Positions 36,901 through 48,900 of a DNA stretch of 64,000 nt are shown here, one piece after another (position 1 is the stretch's first letter; every line of letters starts with the position of its first letter). The translations under genes and the position numbers were made by a program. Where the stretch lies: NCBI GenBank assembly GCA_964187785.1, contig OZ076420.1, forward strand, positions 2,728,001 to 2,792,000. The letters are read 5' to 3'. A model generated the notes under the pieces. It had not been told where the DNA came from and made no database searches. It saw nothing but the letters and a program-made list of their open reading frames with translations. Origin of the DNA: Amphiscolops sp. MND2022 (Eukaryota).

Positions 36901-39900
36901 CTTTGCATCGTCTGCATAAAGAATCGCCCAGGTAAACCGACATATGTGAGGAAGATCGTTGATAAATATGTTGAAAAATAGTGAAGATAATATGCCGCCT
37001 TGTGCTACTCCACTGGTTGCAGGAAATGGTTGTGATGTAGCGTCATCCACTTTCACTATTTGAAATCTGTTTTGAAGGTACGAGTCAAGTAAACTGAGAA
37101 GTTTGCCTCTTATTCCTGTTCGAAACAGTTTTTGCAATAGAAGGCCATGATCTACCCGATCGAACGCTTTTTCAAAGTCTGTGTATACTACACTAATTTG
37201 TTGCTTTTCCGTTAAGGCTCTATAAATTTCGTCCAAATAAACCAACAGATTTAGGGAACTCGAGCGTCCCTTTCTAAAGCCGAATTGCGAGTTGTGCAGT
37301 TGATCTTGGTAGTGTTCATACAGCTTCATGAAGAGAAAAATTTCCATGATTTTGGAAATTATGCACAGAAGAGAAACTGGGCGATAATTTGTAACATCAC
37401 ACTTGTTTCCTTTTTTGTGGATAGGACTTACAACGGAAATCTTCCACGAGGTTGGGAACTTGGCAAGCTGTAGCGATTTTGAAATGAGTTGATACACAGA
37501 TTTTGATAAAGAATTTGAACACTTTGCAAAAACAATCGGCGGCAGGAGGTCAGGTCCTTTACTTTTACTGATGTTCAAACTATCGCAAATTTGGCAGATT
37601 TCTTCTAAGTTGACTTCAAGTTTTGTAATGATAGGGAACTGACATTCTGGAATCTCTTGGTCTGGATTGAATTTCGTGGACTCGAAATAAACACTTGAGA
37701 AGAACTTGGCAAATAGCGATGCTTTGCCGAGGTTTGTTGTGTGTGTTTCATTAGCAAGGAACATTGAGGATGGTAAGGAGGAGCGATTCAGTTGGCGATA
37801 AAACTTAAACAACCGGTTGGTATTTCTGCCATCTGAAAGATGTTCTTCATAGGATTTTTGGTCATTGACCAGGGCCAGTGAGACAACTTTATCAAGTTTT
37901 TCTATTTTTGATTTGCTATTCTGTTTTTTCGCAGTGTTAAGTTTCTTAATAAGGTGCGACGTTGAAGACGTTACCCATGGGGGAAGGTTTGATCGATGTT
38001 TAGTTCTAAGAGGGGTTGTTTCTCGTATTATTCCTCTGATCCATTTGTACCACATTTCAACTAAATGATCAATATTGGACCAGCAGAATGTTTCAAACGG
38101 GTTTTGAATGATAAGTTCTTCCATCCGAAGGTAATCTGCTTTGCAGTAGCTCAAAAATTCTGATGAATTTTCAGGTTTGAACTTATTTCCATGGCCACGT
38201 ACAGTAAAGACAGACCATAAAGGTTCATGATTGGACTTTACCCCGACGATTTCTTCAGCTATGCGTATATCCTGCACTTCAATTTTTCTAGAAATGAAAA
38301 ATAGATCGTATATACCAGAGACAGTTGTGTTAAAGGTTACTTTCTGATCGAGATTCATTTTTTCAGCGAAGTTCAGAAGAAGTTTCTGTGACTCATTTTG
38401 GTATGAAAGATCTCTCCAGTCGATATCACTGTAGTTAAAATCACCAGTCATGATTAAAGCATCATGTTTGGTAGTGGCGAAAATATTGAAAAGTTCTGTA
38501 ATAACTGACGGACTAAGTATATATTCGCTCTCAGAAGGAGGGAAGTAACAGTTTATGAGTAAAATAGTTGATGAATCAAACGTAAATGTGCATGCTGTAC
38601 AGGCGCCCAGATACTTTGTTGGTAGAGTAATTTTTCTGCCAGTATAGCGCTTCTTAAGTGCAATTAGTACTCCGCCATGTAATGAATTTCCATCTTTGTT
38701 GGGAAGTCTTTCAGATCTAAATAGATCATATTGTGGAAGGTAAAGTTCTTCGTCGTTGAAGAATTTGGTTAGCCATGTTTCACATATCATTATTATGTCG
38801 GGGTCTTTCATGCAAGCGTAATTGGATAGAGAGATTCGTTTTTCTTTATTAATTATACTTCTAGCGTTATATTGCAATACAGAAAATAACTGGTCAGAAA
38901 GTCCTAGTCAATTCAGATCAACTCTGCGGTCATTCAAGAATAGTTCAAAACTCCGAATCCGCAGCGTTGAAGGCTGGTTTCCCTCGTTTATCAGTTCTCT
39001 TCTCTTTTTAAGTAATTTGTTCTCTAGTTCTTGTTCTGTTTTGCTGAGTGATTTGCTGATGAACACTTTATATTTATCTTGTATTCCATCGCCTTCGTAG
39101 AACCTTAATTTGTTGGCTCTTGCAAGGATTTTGTTCACAACCAGCTCGGTTTTAAACTTGACCAAGAGTGTTCGTGGACGTGTAGTATTCGGTTGATATT
39201 TGCCCAGCCGATGGAACGATTTAATGCAATCGTCTTCGCACTCGAGGTATTTTACAATGCTAGCAATGCTCTTTTCTTCGTAGTCAATTTGTTCACTCCG
39301 ATTTGGTTTGGAGTGGGAGGATTTGAATTCAGGAATTCCCGAAACTCTTAATTCGATGGACCTTTCATTGATGTTTACCTCGTTGTGAGTTACTTCATTG
39401 TTTGTAACTTTTGTGGGTACTGGCTGTTTCAGTTGTTGAACTTCTTCTACTACTTTGGCAAGGGACTGCGTTATTTCACTGTATGTTGCTTTTGAGGGTG
39501 GTGGTTGTTCCTTCAGCTGCTGGACTTCTTCTACGACCTTTGCGAGAGACTGTTTCATCTCTCCAATCTCGGTTTTGATTGTTCCGTTGTCACGATATCT
39601 GTTGATGAGCTCTTTGAAAAGGCTCACTACATTGCCTTTCACCGTTTTATTCAGATACTTGTTAAGATCATCGTCTGTCGAAGAGAGTACTTCGTCCAGT
39701 GTTGGGTAATACGACGAATCAGCAGAAGCTAACCTGCCGCGTTCTCCCATTTTACTTCAATTGCCAACGATTTTCTGCAAAAGAACCTTTGCACAGCCCG
39801 ACACGGGTCTGCGCAGAAGTTGAAATACAGAAATTTTGAAAATTCTTCAATTTAGAGGATTTTTTTTTGTTCGTATAGACAGCTGGCTGCAGCACTTTGA

Positions 39901-42900
39901 ACCAGGTAAGAGAGTATAGGTTGTGGACCACTTGGGGAAAGATGTTGAAGGCTCGGGCCGGTTTCTAAAAACCCTTTTTCAAGGGACACCCATTAGACCG
40001 GAACTCAAACACCATATCATTCTATTTAATAAGTTTAAGTATGTTACGCGGAAAAACAGGTAAAACCTTTTTGGTTCAGTTCGCTAGACCAAATAGTGCA
40101 ATTTGACACCATAATATTTTGTAGAACTTTTAAGAACTATTTTGGTCAGTTCGTGTGGATTGAAAAAAAAAAAGTCACTATAATAGTCGCGTTTCACTTC
40201 ATGAAGCGCCGACTAAAAAACGCCGGTCCCCGGGAAATCGTTATAAGCGGAGTTGAGTGTAATACGATGATGTCGTCAAAGTTACCCCGAATTACACACT
40301 TTGATTATATTACACTGTGTAGACCAATCAATTAGTGTATTCTGGTCAAAATGTGTACCAGATTAAAGTGGAATTTCAATTAAATTCCGTATAGATGAGC
40401 GAGGTGGAAATTGGTCAAAGCGCGTAATTGAGTATTGTGTAAAGGAGTCAAACCACGAAATTTAATCACTTAAGGAAACGATTATTCAAATAGTGAAATG
40501 AGTATTGAAACGTAGAGTCTTTAAAATAATAACGCGTTGTTATTGGCTATTCATCGAGCTAGCGAGATCTTGCTAGTTCGATTCGGCTCATGCATCGTAA
40601 TTATTTTTCCCAAAATGATCAAGAAAGAAAGTTTTCAGAACATTTTGCTCACGAATATCAGGGTGGCCAGTTTTTTTCAACAAAAAAGCGACCCAATCAA
40701 AATCATAGAAATTTACGTTTTTTACTTAAAAAGTTACCAAACGTTTCTTCAAAAAAGATGTTTTAGTAACCATAAATTATAATAGGAATAAAATATTGAA
40801 CAGAATATCTGATATAGGTATACAGATAAGCATTCAAAAATTATTGCGTAACAAAGAGTCAATGATATTTCCAGATATAACATTGCTGTGTCCATTTTGG
40901 GCACTTAATCTCTTATAGCGTAAAAACAGGCGACTTTGGGGGAAAAGCTTCCAGGTCGCTTTAAAGCGACCCAACTGTCCACCCTGTTTTGGTATCCAAA
41001 AAATTATCGGAAAAGTCTATTTTTCAGTCGATCCCCGCATTTAAATAACAAGATTTAAGTGAACAAGTCGTAAACAGCATAGGTCGGCGCCATATCTAAG
41101 GCTCAAAAATAGCAAAAGGACTTCAAAGTGTCAAAGTATTCTCTTCTACAGTGCCCGAAAATTCCATAAGTTGGACCAAATTGGCGCGCCGGGGGACCCT
41201 TGAGATTTTTTATCCATTTTGCCGCAAATCATCAAAAAATCGAAGGGGGACCCTTTGAAGTCATATAAAGTTTTCGAGAAAAATTCTCACAATTTTCCAT
41301 GACGACGACACTTTCCATGAAGCAATCAAAAATTCTTCCGAATGAAACAGAAATCGGAATAAAATAAACACGATGCTGAACATCGAAATTGATCCACCAA
41401 ATAGAAGATTACTCATTTCACTTAATGTTTCCAGTTGTCTTCTATCTTTTCAAAAACATTTCTAGTAACTTCGCGTATACCATTGATTGATCATATATTA
41501 TTATTATAGTACCTTCAAAATGAGCAAACATCGTGGATTCATCTGAAGCTTCTTTTCAAAAATTAGTAATTGAGTATGACATTGCATTCGAGCTCCATTT
41601 CCATTTCAGCTCAACGCATTAGATCGATACACAGTAATCGGGACAGTGCAGAAGACGAAAAATAATTTGCACAATTCCGCGGGCTTCAGTATTCAGATGT
41701 TTTGCAACGATGGATGTTAAAAATCCGAAAGGATTTCCCTTTTAGCGGGCCGGGGGATTCACAAAACGACATTTAAATTTCATTTCCAAAACCAGCGTGA
41801 GTAGTAAGGGAAGGGGGGTTTACTGCAATTTTTCGATCCCAAACCATCATCTGCAATTTTTCGATCCCAAACCACCGAGTGTAAAATTTCGATCCCAAAC
41901 CAAAATTCTGCTAAGTCATAAAGGTCAAAGTTTGAATTCACTCCAACTGTCATTTTTATTTGCTAATTACACCAACTATCATTTCTAGAGAGACAATTAC
42001 TTATCAAAACGAAGAAACTGAGGGAATCTGAAAAGTCAACGGAAACTGACGTTTTACTAACACCACCTTAGATTTGCAGAAACTGCAAATTCTTTTTCAA
42101 AATTGAATCAATAACCTGTATATCGCCACAAAACAATTCCAGTTGAATAAAATAAATCTCGAGCTTTTGATAATAGAGGATGTGAAAGGACGTACTCCGG
42201 TAAATGGAAAACCTGCAAAAACTGAACCAGCAGTATCTTGTTCCTATATCAAAGCTGGAATCATGATTGAAAATTCCGTGACTAGAGGAAAATTCCGTAT
42301 CGAGGAGTTAACTAAAAATAAATCAAAACCGACCATTTCTTTGCTGATTAGTCTCAAATTCAGTTGGTTTTGACACTATTCAAGTTATTCTGATGGCGAC
42401 TGTGTTCAGGGAAATTCCATCGAAATACTGGTTGATTTTATTCCACTCTGAAAATAACATCTCAAACACTTCTCAGGAAACAGAAACAGAGGCTTCAGGA
42501 GCAGCTTGTATGCCAACTAGTTTGTGTAATTTGTTGGAGATCCTCGTTTGCTCGCACGATGCGCAATATATCGGACGGCAACACAAGGAAAACGAATGCA
42601 ACCATGGAGAATTGAGAAGCTTCTGTGAAAATTTCCCTCTTGATAATCATCATGTATTGCTCTACATTCCCAGCTCCACAAATATTCAGGATGTGTTGAA
42701 ACAGGCTGTGACACAAGTTCTATCAACAGCACAGAACGCGTAAGCGAAGATTTTCACTGTTTCTTACCCCGAGAATTTTATAAAGTCAGAGGCAGCTGTT
42801 TCCTTCTGCATGAGAGGGGAAAAATTAAATATCTTATGAATCAGAAGACAACTGAAGATTTGGGATGCACATTCAATTGCGTTTGGGAGTATCAAAAGCA

Positions 42901-45900
42901 CAATTCACTGGGAGCATGCAACGACAACGAAAAAGCTCTGTACGTCTTCCAAAAACAATTGGAATTGGAAAAATCGGAATCGCCTTTCAAAGATACCATT
43001 GTATCCTACATCGATCTCCTACAGAGAGGAGCAGGCAGACTTTTCTTGTCTGAACACAGTCGCACCCTAGATATCGACTTAGGTTGGAAAAATGCTCAGT
43101 GTATGTGTTTCGATTGCTTGAATCAACAGCCTATGCAGCAAGTGGGAACAGAAAGTGAGAGAAACCGAAGTTATACAAATCAACTGTTTTCAGTGTATGA
43201 TGAAGACACCCTCATTGATACATCATCATTATTGTAAAATAATTGTTGAAATTCAGTTGCTTCTCAATTCAGCTTTTACTAACAATGTTTTCATCCGAAG
43301 ATATTTGTCACAACTTTGTCAAAGTAACGTATTGGTTTCCGAAAAACTTCAAATGCATTTCTCGCAGTATGTTTGTCTTTGGATGAAACAATTGATTTGC
43401 ACAAGGTCAATTCAAAGGCGCCTTTTGGAGGTGACATTGGCCCTGCTGACAGTAGCCTCCATGATCTACTCAAATTTTCAAAAATAATTCGAATGCACGC
43501 AATTTTCCACGACGCCCATGGCTACATGCGAACTGAAAACGGTATTGGCCCTGGTTATGTCTACACTTTGACTGACAAAAAGTTATTTCGGAATAACATG
43601 CTATTGGGACACTTCTCAGCAATTCTCTCTCTGCACAAAACGCAAGATCAACCGGATATAGCCAACTTTTCGCAGTTGAACATTGATAGAATTGTATTCG
43701 ACGAAAATAATCAGGAAACACCACCATTCAATTTCGGTCTCTGCTGTGGTAGTAACTGTAAATTTGACCGATCACTCCTAGTGATATTGATACATCACTT
43801 GATTATTTTTATGCTGGTTGTGTTTTGCATCACTTACCTAACAGTTTGTGAAACCGAAAACAGATTTGCTTCAGGAATACTTGCGCTTTTGTCTGCATGC
43901 TTGGGCCACATTCTCACAGCTCCTAAACAATGAACAAGCGAATCAGTACGGAGCCTCATTGCTTCATTTCTATTGTGGGACCAGCAGGATGCGGGAAAAC
44001 ACAACTGGTTGGGCGTATGATTTCCAATCAGGAAAAAATATTTTCACCGCGCTTCACAAAAATAATCTACTTCTATAAACACTATCAACCGCAATATGGA
44101 ACAATTTTAATGGAAAGCGAAGCAAAAAGTATAGATGTGGAGTTTGTTCAAGGATTGGATTGAAACGCTTTGGAGAGAGCGGAAGCTCTCAAAAAACGAA
44201 TTCTTTTGGTTTTGGATGATTTGTTTGACGAAGCTGCCCCAAGCAAAGAGTTCCTAGCAATTGTAATTGCAGGTCGCCATCGAAATGTTCATTTAATGGT
44301 TCTGCGGCACAATTTGTATCAGCAATCTAAAAATTCAAAAACAATCGACCTAAATGTGACCCAGATTATTCTATTCAACAGTCCAAGGGATTCAGAACAG
44401 ATTGGTATCCTGGGACGACAGCTGGGCGAGAGGCAAACAACTATCGATGCATAAAAAAGAGCTACTCGGAAACCTTTTGGTCATTTGATGATCGACCTCG
44501 ACGTGAGAAGTAGCAAACTGTTGAGGTATTCCCCGAATTGTTCTGGCGAGGGACCATCCGTTTTCTATGGTTCCACTGACAAGCTTAATTCAAACCTTGA
44601 GAATGAGTTTACAAAACTATTATACAGTGGATTTATTCGTTAAATTTCCAACAGTTCTGAAGAAATGCTTCATTCTAAATTGCTCAGATGATTTCTGCGA
44701 TTCTAAGTTTTTCTGCGATTCAATTTTTAATGTAGTTAAAGGAAACGTAAAGTTAGCGAAAGCGCTACAAAGTAAACTGTCGACCTTATCACGTGAGAAG
44801 AAAACTATGGAGAACTTATGCTCTAAGCGAAAAGTTTCAGTTAGAAGAAAACGCTACATACTTGCATCTACACGAGGCCTACGTTTGTTGAAGCTGATTC
44901 TCCCTTCAGTATCGAATCATTTGAAAATTTGTCATGGTATCGAACGGCAGCGTTAAAGAAATCGTCCTAATAACTCAAGACGAATACAGCTTTCTGAAAC
45001 ATAAGGGACAGAGGGAAGATTAAAACTTGGACAGCCGCGAAAAGCAAAAACGCAACTTTCTTGCTCAGTTTACTCCGAATCCAGAGGAGCCCCCATTACA
45101 TTTAGAAGCAGACCCAAAAGAGTAAAATCCGACAATTCATCAAGAACAATCATTACTCGCTCAAATCAATTTGAATTCAAGGTTCCAAGAAAAGAAAAAA
45201 ACGCCACCAAAACTTGACACCAAAACATCAGAAAACTCTAGTACTGATTACCAAGTGAACAATACACCGGACCGTGTTTTATCCAGATTACTGCAGTCGG
45301 GAATAACGGGGGGAAAAATTGAGCGGTTACGTCAAATGTTGAAAGCAATCCAACAAAGTGAGCGAGTCTGCATCGACGACAACACCCAGAGCATCTTTTT
45401 AGACCATACTAGACGATCCACAGGACTCGTATCAAAACTGTTCCGAAGGCATTTCGCTCGTCAAACGTGCAATTCACTGCTCCAGAAACTAAGCAAATCA
45501 AAACGGGTTGCTATTCTTCAATCGATTCAATCTTGAAATCAATCTTCAAAACCGCCACTGACGGCAGAGTGAAGCTGGACCTATCAATGAGTAGAAAAAC
45601 GAACGAAATGTCAAAGACTGGACTACCATCTATTTCATGGAAAGTTGATTGCGCAACAGAGGAGCTACAAGTCAAATTTGTGGGAAACGTCAAGACACAC
45701 GGGTTGGTAATCAAAGCAAAGTCCCAAGATTTGAAAAACATTTTGGGAAAGACAACACTGATCGATTGCCAAAGTGACGCTTCGGCAAGAGAGCAACCAT
45801 CAGAGAGGGGTGATGATGATTGCAGAATTGTCAAACATGAAGGACAGTGGCCAAATGATCTCAATGGTGGAAGTCAAACAATGTTTGTGTATTGTGACCT

Positions 45901-48900
45901 GGTTCAAAACGAAACTTTGGGTGATGTGCGTACAGCGTTGCTTCGATCGGTCCCCCTTGAAAGTTTATCCAACTCTAGTCAAAAGAGGAGGGAAGTTAAT
46001 CACAGAAGTTTTACAAATTTGCAGTGGAAGAGTCTACAAATCGCAGTTTCAGTCAATCACGCTCTCATTGGCAAACGAAATTGGTCAAACAGTGCCCTTT
46101 TTGAGTTGCGGACGAACCAACATTTTCCTAGCACTTAGACCCAAACCACTCTAGACAAAATCATTTGCGGAGCATTTATTGAAGCAAACAGTTGCCGTCA
46201 CTCACTACTTATCCATCATTGTTCTTTCAAAAGATTACAGCAAGCACTAGTTGAAGATCATGGACGCTCATTACGACGCTCAAATACAGTCTCTAGCCTC
46301 ACATCACTCAACCTTCAGCGGCCCCGCTCGACAAATGGGAGCAGGTGGTGGTTTGGGTGCCTTTGCAGTAAGAATGGGAAAAGTGGCCATTCCAGTGATT
46401 AAAAAGTACATCTTACCGGTCGCCAAACAAGTGGGAAAAAATTTACTAGAATTTGCACTGCCTGAAATGAGTAATGTGCTCTGTGGTAAAAAACGAGTTA
46501 GCCGTAAAATGCTAAAATCGGTAGTCCAATACACTGCTGAACGAACGCTTGCTTAAGGTTTCAAGAAGCTCAAAGCGGCAACACACCCGGAGAGCAGCCA
46601 AACGTCCACGGAGCCGCAGCGGGCGGGGCTGAACGGCGGCGGGCGAGCGGTCCAACCGCCAATCGAAAAAGGTTTAAAGCAACCTCATCTGATAAAACAA
46701 CGACTTCGCTCATTTCTGGAAAAAGTCCCGCAAAAAGAAGTCGGTCCGATATTTTGTCCCAAATTCAATTCTCAGCAGTTTGAATCACGCACTGCAAGCT
46801 GGCTGCAGCATCAGTATCTTCGAGTGGAAATTTCTTCGGGAGCGCTATGGAAATTGCTAGCCCAGTTACACATAGTGCTTTGGATTTCTTCGAAAAACCC
46901 AATGTTCTAATAAACTACGAAGGCTCATACGACCAAGAAGTGTTTCCTCACGTTTGATGTCTAGGTCCCCAGCAAGACTTTTTTCTTTCTGCAGAATCAA
47001 AAAACTTGATTGACTTGAATCGTATTGTATTGAACGTTAAAGTTGGAATTTATCAAGAAGATGGCAAAGATCGACTCAAAGTGAATGAACAAAACATTGT
47101 GTTTGGAAATAACACGATGCATACTCTCTTTTCTCATGCCGAATTATATCTGAACGGCAAACTAATTTCACACAGTAACAATTGCTATTTACATTCGGCT
47201 TTTATAGAAACTGAACTCACGACGGATTCCGAAGCAAAAAACACTTGGGCAAAATGCCAAGGATACAATTATCTCGCAGAGTCTACTAAAAGGCTCGACC
47301 TTCATAATGCGCTTTATGCTGAATTTGACCAACAAAAAGAATGTACCATGGAGTTGTGCGGGGCCTTGCACATTGACTTTTTAGATTGTGAAAAACTTCT
47401 CGTGCCCGGTGTCACACTTCATTTGCGCCTTTACCGATCTCCCACAAATACGCTTCTGTCTTTGAATGGTTCAGACGATGAAGCGAAAGCTTTGGAAGGA
47501 AAAGTTCATGGAGTAATTGAAAAGGCATCTCTGTTTATCAGAAAAGTGGTTGTGACAGACAGCGTTAAGTTGTCTATAGAGAAGGCCCTAGTTAAAAGCG
47601 CAGCCATTTACCCTTATATTGAAAGTTTGGACAAGAGTTTCATTATTCAAGCCTGTCAAAACTGCATGGTTCAAGCCTGTGCATGGTTAAAAATTCACTT
47701 TTTCGAAGCACTCCCTTGAATCACTCGCCCTTCACCTATCAAAAATTTTCACTAGAACGAGTAGAGCTTCAACGTGGTAATGACGTCACACTAGCAGGAA
47801 CACCCCTAAACACCAACAACAACACTCGGCTCTACTATAACACCATAACGGCATTGGGATTTCGCACAAGTGGAAACGGAATCAAACTTGAAGATTTTGA
47901 AGACAATCACTTTTTTCTAGTGTTCGACTTGACGTCAACGGAAGAAGCGAGCAAGAGCTTGACCTTATTTCCTGAACTCACCGGATCAAGTTTGACATTG
48001 AAACTATTTTTCCAAAGCGCTTGAAGACGCTATTGAGCTGTTCCTTATTGGCGAAAGATTCAGTTAGATATTCATTGATTCTTCTCGGAACGTATCCAAA
48101 AACACTTTGATGTAAGGATAATATCAGCCTGAAAAGAATTGCTATGCTGTGCGGCTCGACTGAACACACATTTGGTGGTATTTGGTCCTCTGACAATTTT
48201 CCTAAAATAAAGGAGAGGCGCAGCAAGAAAAAAAACAAGGTCAAACTATGCAGAGTCATCAGATTTCAAATCATAAACTCAGAACCTTCAAGTTCAAGTG
48301 GCCGACATTGGCAGCTTTTGATAGTAATCAACATTCGGGACGAAAATAAGACTTTTGTGTGGGATTGTCTGGGTCGACCACTTTCATTTTACGAGCACTT
48401 TCATATGAGGCTAATCAAGCTTTATGGTCGAGCCCCTGGTGCTTTCAAACTCTTAATTTACCCTTACAAAAATCTAGTTCAAATCTATGCGGCCTATATT
48501 GTCTGTATTTGGCACACTACTTGGTAAAATACCCATTCACTATTCTAGAAATGCATAAAAATTGTAAGCTGTTACAAACAACTGAAATTGATATAGTACG
48601 ATTTTTCAACAAAAAAAATTGAAGTCGCTATTTTTAAATACAAAATTTTATAAACGAGGAATTAAAGTTATTAGGCTGTATACACCTGTTTTCTTCGATT
48701 CGCGGACTTTGTTCACTATTACAGAGAAAGGAGATCAGTTGAAGCGAAATTTCATTCATTGATTTTCATCGTTTTCGTTGTATGCCCGCGTCTTTTTGAA
48801 ATTGGGCTCACAAACTTCATCTTCCTCCGCTTCCCAGTCTATAAATGGACAAGTTGGTGCTTCAGAGTCACTTGCTCCCTCGTCGGCAAGGTATGAGAGC

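Larger units (their letters stand above)
35845..40038 (-). mobile_element. Full-length non-LTR retrotransposon (CR1/L2/Jockey-group LINE), about 4.2 kb, apparently intact
   Basis: 5' UTR, ORF1, APE-RT ORF2, 3' UTR with hairpins and a (TAA)n tail (35845-35871). GTAT is duplicated at 35844-35847 and 40039-40042. The flanks rejoin into a dispersed repeat seen intact near 63886-63930. Confidence 0.95.

Noticed and set aside
41822-41908. Short regularly spaced repeats resembling a CRISPR array
   Set aside because: There are no unique spacers or cas genes; they are internal TIR repeats mirrored at 53597-53705 in a eukaryotic element.
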